From Akkermansia muciniphila (lineage in GTDB: Bacteria; Verrucomicrobiota; Verrucomicrobiia; Chthoniobacterales; Chthoniobacteraceae), in the NCBI GenBank assembly GCA_945874745.1, contig CAMCIN010000001.1, positions 1-52,081 of the forward strand: a DNA stretch of 52,081 nt, given 5' to 3'. Made by a program: the position numbers and the translations under genes. Below the pieces are notes generated by a model, which saw only the letters and a program-made list of their open reading frames with translations, was not told the origin of the DNA and did not search any database. Below, one piece after another: positions 42,101 through 51,100 of the stretch; within the stretch, counting starts at the first letter, position 1, and every line of letters begins with the position of its first letter.

Positions 42101-45100
42101 GCGGATGAGGTTGTTGTTCTGATCGGCCACATACACGTTGCCGGCGGCGTCCACGGTTAGACAGTTTGGAAAATTAAAACTAGCCGCCGCACCTGTTCCG
42201 TTGGTAGCCGCGGGAACGCCCGAGCCTGCAAGGGTGGAGACAAGACCCGCTGGGGTTATCTTGCGGATCTTGTGGTTGCTCCGGTCCGAGACATACAGGT
42301 TTCTCTGGGTGTCGAAGGCCAGTTCCAGAGGATCGTAGAACCGTGCAGCCACTCCACTGCCCTCAGTCGTCCCAGCAACTCCGCTTCCGGCGAAGGTGGT
42401 GACGATTCCCGATGTGGAAATTCTCCTGATCTTGTGGTTGCCGGTGTCAGCCACAAACACATTTCCGTCGGGGTCGACCGCCACTCCCTTGGGGCCTTTA
42501 AAGGAGGCCGTCGTGGCCGTCCCGTCCGCCGATCCGGGGGAATTGAGAATCCCGGCGTAAACCGTGCTCACCCCAGCGGGAGTCACACGCTTGATGACGT
42601 GGTTGCCGCTGTCTGCGACGAACACATTTCCAGCGCCGTCGACCGCCGCTCCTTGGCCGGAACTGAACCCTGTTGCCAGCGTCGACCAGGCGTAGGAGTC
42701 CCCGGTGAGCGCGTTCAACGAGGTGACGGACAGGGCGCCCTGTTGGATCCACGTCTTCCCTGTGAAGGAACCGGAATTGGTCAGCGTGATGCTGCCGGTG
42801 CCAACCTTCGTGAGCGAGGAGGAACCGGAAAGGACAATGCTCGAGCTGAGCGTCACATCCCCGCCGCCCAACGTGGCAGGCGCTCCTGGTCCGAAGACCA
42901 GCGAGCCCGCGCCGCTGAACGAGGTGAGCTGCGCGCCGTTTTGCAGGATGACCGTGGCGCCGGCGGCGGCCGAGATCGAGGAACCTGCCGGCAGCGCGTT
43001 GGCGCCGCTGATGATGAGGGACCCGGCGAGGACCGTCGTGGCGCCGGAATAGGTGTTCGTCCCGGAGAGGAACAGCGTACCGGGGCCGTCCTTGCCCAGT
43101 CCGTAGGCGCCGGAAACGTTTGCGAGGTTCAGGGTCGGAACACCCGTGCCCGCGAGGAACGCGATTTCCTGTGCACTGAGGGCGCGCGAGTAGAGGCGGA
43201 GATCGTCGATCGAACCGTTGAAGAATTGATTGTTGTCACGGTAATCCTTGCCCACACAGAAATCCGTCGCGACGTGGGCCACGTCCGGCCCCGTAATGGT
43301 GCCGGCCGCCACACCATCCACGTAGTAGGTCCCCGTCGTGCCGTTTTTAACAAAGGCCACGTGCCGCCAAGCACCGGAGGTCACGGTCTGCGTCGAAGTC
43401 GCCCCGTTAAATCCAAAGCTACCAGCGTTGTAGTCCCAGTATCTCAGGCACCCGCCCGAAATGAGAAACATCTGCTGGCCGTCCATGTTGGCGGGGCTAC
43501 GCCCAATGGTCATGATGGCCCCGTCAGCCGAGGTCTTGATCCAGGCCGAAAGGGTCATCTGCGAACCCGGCGCCTGATTGAGGCTGGACCGGTAGAGAAA
43601 GCTGGAGCTTCCGTTGAACACCGCGGCCCCGCCGACGGTGCCGTCCCGCCCAACGCCGTAGGTGACGCCCGTGCCCGTGGCAGTCTGCGCGTTCGCCGAG
43701 GCGTCGGTTCCATCGCCGTTCAATGCGTACGCAGCGATCACTCCCCCAGAGGGCGTGCCCCCGGCGACCGTGACCGTGGAGTTGGTCTGAAGCGCCAGGC
43801 TGCCTGAGGTCAGGTCCAACGTCCCTGCGGTAAGGAGGTTGAAGTCCCCGTTCCAAATCTTCGCCGAAGCGGGAAGCAGAAAGGAGGAAGTCGCCTCAAT
43901 CGTGACTCCGGAGTTGAAGGTGAGGCTGCCCGTGCCCAAGGCGCTGGCGTGGCCAAGGACGAGCGTTCCTTGCGAAACGGTGGTCCCGCCTGAATAGGTG
44001 TTTGCGCCGGAGAGCGTCCACTTGCCTATGCCCTGTTTCAAAAGCGACGTGGCGCCGCTGCCGCTGTCGAGAATGACCCCGGAGATTTCCCCAGTGCCGG
44101 CCGTGGACCCCTGAAGGGTCAGCGTCTTGGCGCCGAGGCCCGAGGCGGTGACACCGCCGGTGAAGACAAGGGCGCCGGTGCCGGACTGGTCCAGCACGCC
44201 GCTGCCGGCTAGGCCACCGGGCCAACCGGTGCCCGGGGCGGAGACGGACAGGTTGTCGATACTGTGTTTATTTGTTTGCCCGCCGGAGCGTGCGGCAAAA
44301 CCAAACTTCCAGGTGGACTTGTCGGTTGAAGCATAAGCTGCACCCAAGCTCACATTGATGACACTGACTCCCCCCACCGTCACCGTGAGCTGGTTGGAAG
44401 CGCTCACCTCCACGACAACCTTCCGGTAGGCTGTGCCCATGAGCGTCACATCGCCCGTCTGCAAGATAGCACCGTTCAGTTTTACCTCGATCCGATCGGT
44501 GCCGTACTCGATCAGCGAAACCACAAGCGAAGCGCCCGTCATTCCGTATTCATCCCCGGAAGCCGACAGGGGGCCGTAGTTAAAGCTGGTGCCGTCGGCA
44601 CCGCTGCCGTCGGCTGCGCGGTAGTCGAACTGGGCGGTGAAGACCGTCGGGTTGGACGCCAGCGTATTGAAAAGCAGATACCCATAACCACCCTGAGCTG
44701 GTGTGAGTACGCATTCGCCGTTTGATACGAAGGCTAGCCCCGAAAGCACAGCACCCGAGGGGGCGGCGGAGAAGTCCGTGGAGATGTAGCTGGTCATGGG
44801 CTGGCCGCCCGCGAGGTTCACCACGCGGTCGGTGGTCTGGGCTGAGCCGGTGACGATGAGGGTGCCCGAGGAGTTGAGGCTGCCCAGGTCGATGATTCCG
44901 TTGGCCGCGGTGGTCGGGGCGCCCAGGGAACTGGAGGCCATCACGCCGGTGACACGGTTGAGGGTGGAGACGCTCAGGGCACCGGACTGGATCGAGGTCT
45001 TGCCCGTATACGAGGAGCTCGAAGTAAGCGCCACTGTCCCGCCGCCGGTCTTGATCAGGCTTGAGGAACCAGAAAGCAGGATCGGCGAACTTCCGGAGAT

Positions 45101-48100
45101 ATCCCCCATTCCAAGCACAGCATTCACCCCCGCCGGATAGACGAGGCTGCCAGCGCCGGTGATCGCCGGAACGGGAGCACTGTTTTGAAGCACGATGCTT
45201 GTGCCTATTCCCGTATTGAGGGTAACGGCTGGAGGCAGTGCCTTCGTTCCATTGAGGATAAGGGTGCCTGCCAGCACGTTCACCGTGCCACTCAGAGCGT
45301 TTGTTCCTGAGAGGATCAGCGTGCCGGTTCCAGCCTTGGTCAGGGTGTAAGCACCAGAAATATTGCCCGCTGTGAGCGAGCCCGCACTCACGGTCACCGT
45401 CGTATCGGCCGCCAGGGACGTGGAACCGGCGCTCAGGTCGAGATTGTTGGAGCCAAGGAAAGTGAAGCTGCCGTTCCAGACTTTGGGGATCGCCTGCAAA
45501 ATCGTGGCGCGGGAAGCGTCCAGAGTGGCCTCTGCGTCAATGGAAAGTGTGCCTGTGCCAAGCGCATACGTATTACCGAGAGCAAGGGTTCCCTGGGCGA
45601 GGGTGGTGCCGCCAGTGTAGGTGCTCGCGCCGGAGAGCGTCCACCTGCCAGTGCCCTGCTTGAAGAGGGAGGTCGTGTGAATCGAGCTACCATTGACGAT
45701 GGCGCCTGCGATTTCACCGCTACCTGAGGTCGAGCCTTGAAGGACAAGCGTCTTGGATCCGGCACCCGAGGCCGTAAACCCGCGCACAAACCTCAGCAAA
45801 CCTGTGCCAGACTGTTCCAGCACCGCGCCTCCCGTGGTTCCGGCAAGATCGATGGGTCTGTTGGATGTTTCCCCAGTACCCGCGTAAAGCAAAACGCCCG
45901 TCGCGGACAGGCTCCCGATCGCAATCGTGGCGCTGGCGCCTGAGAGAGGTGCACCGAGGGAACTTTGGGTCAGGCTCGTTGTGATGTTTGGGACGCCCCT
46001 CCGTATCGTGTAATTAGCACGATCCGCGACGTACAATACGCCGTTCTGGTCAAAGACCATGTACTGAGGGCTTTTAAAACGGGCCGCCGTTCCAACTCCA
46101 TCCGTGGAAGCAATGGCGCCGGGAGCGCCACCGAGGGTTGAAACCACACCGGCCGTCGTAATGCGACGGACCGTGTGCCCCATGTTATCGGCCACAATCA
46201 AATTACCGTCAGGATCGGCTGTGATCCCAATCGGCCCGTTGAAGGTCGCAACATTTCCTGCGCCATCCACTCCGCCTGCCACTCCAGTCCCTGCTACAGT
46301 TGAAACTACGCCGTCGGGAGAGAGCATCCGAATCGAATGGTTACCCCAGTCCGCGATATACAAATTTCCGTTAGGGGCATAAACAATTCCCCAAGGGAGG
46401 TTGAAGCGGGCCACTGCGACCGAACCATTGGTGCTTCCGAGCTGTCCCGCCACTCCAGCGATGGTGGTCACCACTCCCGCCGGAGTGATCTTCCGGATCG
46501 TATGGTTGACGCGATCCGCAACATAGATGTTTCCAGACGGATCCACCGCGATCCCGGAGATATTGCCGAAAGACGCCGCCGTTCCCGTGCCGTCCGCCGA
46601 GCCTGAAAAACCAGAACCCGCAAATGTTGTCACCACGCCGGCGGGCGTGATTTTTCGCACATCATAATTACTCCATTCGGCCACGTACAAATTGCCGGCG
46701 GAGTCCAACACCATCCCTTCCGGACCATTGAACCTTGCGGCTAAAGCGGTTGGCGCATTCGTGCTTCCACTGGCTCCATTCGCCCCCGCAAATATCGTCA
46801 CCACGCCCGAAGGCGTGATTCTCCGGATCGTTTGTCCACCACAGTCAGAAACATACAGGGTCCCCGAGGCGTCCACGCAAATGCCGTCTGGGTCCACAAA
46901 CTTGGCCGCAGTTCCTGTGGCGTCAACGTAGCCGGGGCTCCCCGCCATGCCCGCGAATGTGGACCAGGTGTAACTGGCGGCAGCAAACCCGTTGAGCGAA
47001 CTCACGGCGAGTGTCCCGCTCTGAATCGTTGTTTTGCCCGTGAAACTGCCGGAACTCAAAAGGGTGGTCGAGCCGCTGCCGACCTTGGTGAGGTTCGCCG
47101 AACCCGAGACCACGGAACCCCAGTTGCCCGACGTTCCGTCACCGCCAAGCACGATGGAAGAACCCAAGCCGTAAACAAGATTCCCGCCACCGGTGAAGGC
47201 GCTTACCTGTGCCCCGTTCTGCAAAACCACGGTTGCACCCGCCGCGATGCTAAGTGCCGAACCCGCGGGTAACGCCCCGGGTCCGTTGAGCACCAGCGTC
47301 CCGGCATTCACCGCGGTCGCACCCGCGTAGGTGTTGATGCCGCTCAATGTCAGCGTGCCCGAGCCGATCTTGGTAAAGCCGCCCGCACCGGAGATGCTGC
47401 CGGCCACGGTGAGGGAGGGGGCGCGCACATCCACGAGGGTGTTCGCGACAATCGAAACGCCGCCGGTGCCGGTGTTGATGCCGGTGGTGCCCGCAAAGGC
47501 TGCGGTGCCCGCCCAGACCTGCGCCATGCCGGCAGGCAGGGGACTGCCTGTTCCCGTTCCATCCTCCAGAACACCGTTGACGAAGGTCAGCGAGCCCGCC
47601 CCCAGGGCGGTGGCGATGTTCACCCGAAGGGTGCCGCCTTCGATCGTTGTTCCGCCGGTGTAGGTGTTGGCGACGGGCAACGTGAGCTTGCCGGCCCCCC
47701 GTTTTTTTAAACCGCCCCCGGGGGAGGTCGTGGAGTTCGGAAGCGTCTGGGGGATCGTGATGTCGTACCCGTTGGTGTCGAGAACCGCGCCGCCGCTCTT
47801 CACGGAGTTCGTGATTGCGGAGATAAAGGTCGCGGAACTGAACTCGGCCTTGAGTACGCCGCCGTTGAAATTGAGCGTTCCCGTTCCCAAACCGTTTATG
47901 AAGTCCCGCGCGCTAGTGATCGTACCACCGTCCAGATTGATGGTGCCGTCCCCCCCGTAGCCGCCCAAATAAACTTTGTCCAAGGGGCTTGCCGCACCCG
48001 GCGCCGCGATGTTGACCTGACCGCCGTTCTGGATTGTCAAAATCCCCGTGCCAAACTGCGCTCCCCCCTGGCTGCCTCCCCCGATGAAGGTTTTGCCTCC

Positions 48101-51100
48101 TCCATTACCGATGTTGAGCACGCCGCCGCTGCCAACGGTCGCATACGCGGCACCCGTGGCGCCGAAACTCACCGCAAAGTTTGCGGTTGTACCCATCGTG
48201 ACCGAGGCGTTCGCAAGATACAGGGAGCCGCCGGTCCTTCCCGCGAGCACGTTGACCCCCGAGAGGGAGCCTCCGTCCACAATCGCGAGGGTTCCGGCGT
48301 TGATCCACACCTCGCCGGAAAGGTTGTTCGCCCCAGTGAGGGTCCAGGTGCCCGTGCCCGACTTGTTGAAGGAGCCGGAGCCCTTCAGGTCGCCGGAGTA
48401 GGCGGCCGACAGGTTCCGGCTGTTGCCCACCGTGAGGGTGACCGCCGTGCCGGAATTATTGTTCAGCGTGAGGTCCGCGGACCCTGCGAGCGCCGCCAGT
48501 GTGTAGGCGCTGTAGGTTCCAAAACGCAGGCTGCCCCCGTTCAGGTTGAGGCTGCCCGAGGTCGCCACCGGCCCGAGTTCAGTGCCGCCGGTGCCCGCCA
48601 GCGTCAACGTCCCAAGCGTCACGGTCGTGGTCCCCGTGTAGGTACTGTTTCCACTCAGAACCATCGCAGACGTGGCGCTGTTCTGACTGATGTCCGTGAC
48701 GGCTGTGCCAATGGCGCCACTGATCGTGAGCGCGCCCGACCCAGTCCCAGAGTTCACAATCGCTCCCGTGTGAGTGACGCCACCCGCCAACGTGATCGGG
48801 CCGGAGGAACTTGCAGAAACCGTCAAAGTACCCGTTCCATAAATGGGCCCTGAGACGATGAAAGCGGACCCGGTGGAAACCAACGCCTTCCCCTGAGCCA
48901 CCACAGCAACACTTCCTGAGAGCGTTAGGGAACTGTTCGGATTCGCCTGCGTCACGGAGGTATTTCCAATGGACGGCGTGCTCGTCACAAACGGAGTCGA
49001 GGAAGTTCCCCCGTAAGTAATCTGGGCGCCGTAGACGTGAATAGAACTAAAGGAGGCTGTACCGGAGCCATTCCGATTGATCACGATGCCGTTACTGAAG
49101 AGCCCGCCGGTAACGCTGATGTTTCCTGAGTTGTTGAGATTGAGGATGAGCGGGCCTGGTCCGCTGACTTGGGAACTGACGGTAATTGCGCCTGAGGTGT
49201 TGGAGTTGAGCGCAAGGCCGGAGGCGTTCACATAGACGGTCCCGGTCTGGATGGTGACGGCGTCGGAGCCATTCTGGTTGATGGCGGTGACCTTCGAGCC
49301 GATCCCGCCCGAGATGGTGATCGTGGAAGCAGCGCTCGTACCGGCGGTGCCTCCAAGGACCGAGGCAGAGTTGAAGGAAAGCGTGCCGGCATTATTGATG
49401 GGCTGGCTGCTGAAGGTGAATCCCGTCGTGGCGCCGGCACTTGAGTTTACAAGCGACAGATTTCCTGTGCCGGTAACCCCTCCAGTCAGGGTGAGGGCGC
49501 AGGGGCCAATGTGGCTCGCGATGGCCAGAGTCAGATCGCTGTTGAGATTTACCGCGGAGGACAAGGTAAGCCCGTAGTCGACCACGGCGATCAGGTTCTT
49601 TCCGGAGCCTCCGACCGTAATAGGGTTGGAAAGGGTGGTGCTGGCACCGCTGTTGCCGCCAACCGCTCCAGCCCGGGGGGCGTAGATCAGCGACGCATCG
49701 GCAGTTCCGGTGCCGATGGTCATAGTCCCACTGCCAAGGAGGCTGGTTTTGGTGCCGTCGTTTGCCAGGACCAAGGCGCCCTTCTGAATTTCAACAGGTC
49801 CCGTAAAGGAGCCGTTGCTCGCATAGACGATCAGCGCGGAGTTCGCACTGTTCTGGACAAGCTTGGTCACCCCGGCACCCAGGGCTCCGCTAAGCAACGT
49901 GCTGCCGTTGGGTGTTCCGGAGATGGCCGTTGCCCAGTTGCCGCTGTTGCCGACACCCGTGTGGAGGATCTCGCCGCTCAATCCAAGCGTGGTGGCGGTG
50001 TCGATCTTAATCACCCCCGTGGAGTTGTTCCGGAGGGCGAGGTCGCCGACGCCCGAAATCGGGCTGGTGATCGTTAACAGCATCGAACCCGACGAGACGA
50101 TTTCCTTCCCTGAAGCTCCCACTAACAGGGAGCCACTCCAAATGCTAAGCGGGTTGTTCCCCGCCTGCTCGATCGAGGTGACGTTCACGCCCACGCCACC
50201 CGAGATGGTGTTGGTTAAACCCGTGGCAAAATCGGTCGAAGCCGCTCCCCCAAGGAGGGACGCCCTGTTGAAAACGAGGCGGCCCACGTTGTTCAACGGC
50301 TTGGCAGTAATGGTAAAATCGCTCTTCCCGGTTCCCGTTGCGTTGCTGAAAAAGACGTCCCCGTTTCCTGTCACCCCGCCCGAAAGGGTAACCGTCTGGC
50401 TGGACGCCGCCTGGTTGGTGTTGGCGAAGGTCACGTCCGCGTTGGAAAGATTCACGGTTCCCGTAAGCGCCATCCCATAAAACACATTCCCAATGATGTT
50501 CCTGCCGCTGCCGGCAATTGTGAACGGGTTGGAGAGGGTCATGTTTCCCCCGTTCGAGGCTAAACCCGAGGGGGGAGTGGGAGAAAAGTCCCCGTGGTAG
50601 AGGAAGGCAGCGTCCGCGGCACCGGTGCCCACCGTAATCACTCCCCTGCCCGCACCGTTGGGGGTGCTGCTGATGCCGATGGTTTGGTAGTTGGTCACTA
50701 CGACCGCACCCTGACGGATTTCCACCTGCCCGAGCCAGTTGGTGTTATCCGCGTACATCACAAGCGCGGAGGTCGGGCTGTCCTGAATGATCTTGGCAAC
50801 TCCCGTACCGATTTCGCCGGTGAGGAAGGCCGTCCCAACCGTTGGCGGCCCGGTCATCAGGGCAAGTGTGCCGGTATTGCCGGTGCCGTTGTTGAGGATG
50901 TTGCCGTTGATGTTGATGATCCCGCCGGCTCCAACGTCCACAAACAACAGGCCGTTGCCGTTGGCCTTGAGGATCAGGTCCCCCGTACCGGTCACCGGTC
51001 CGTTGATGTTGAGATTGGAGGAACCGCCCACAATCAAAGTCTTGCCAGCCGAGCCCACATTCAACGCCCCGCTCACGTTCAGTGGCCCGTTGCTGCCGGT

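Noticed and set aside
28000-48000. Regularly recurring ~100-600 bp similar segments that could superficially suggest a CRISPR array or insertion-sequence copies.
   Set aside because: The repeats are in-frame coding repeats (PATR cassettes) of one ORF. They are imperfect and of variable spacing, without short unique spacers, terminal inverted repeats or a transposase.
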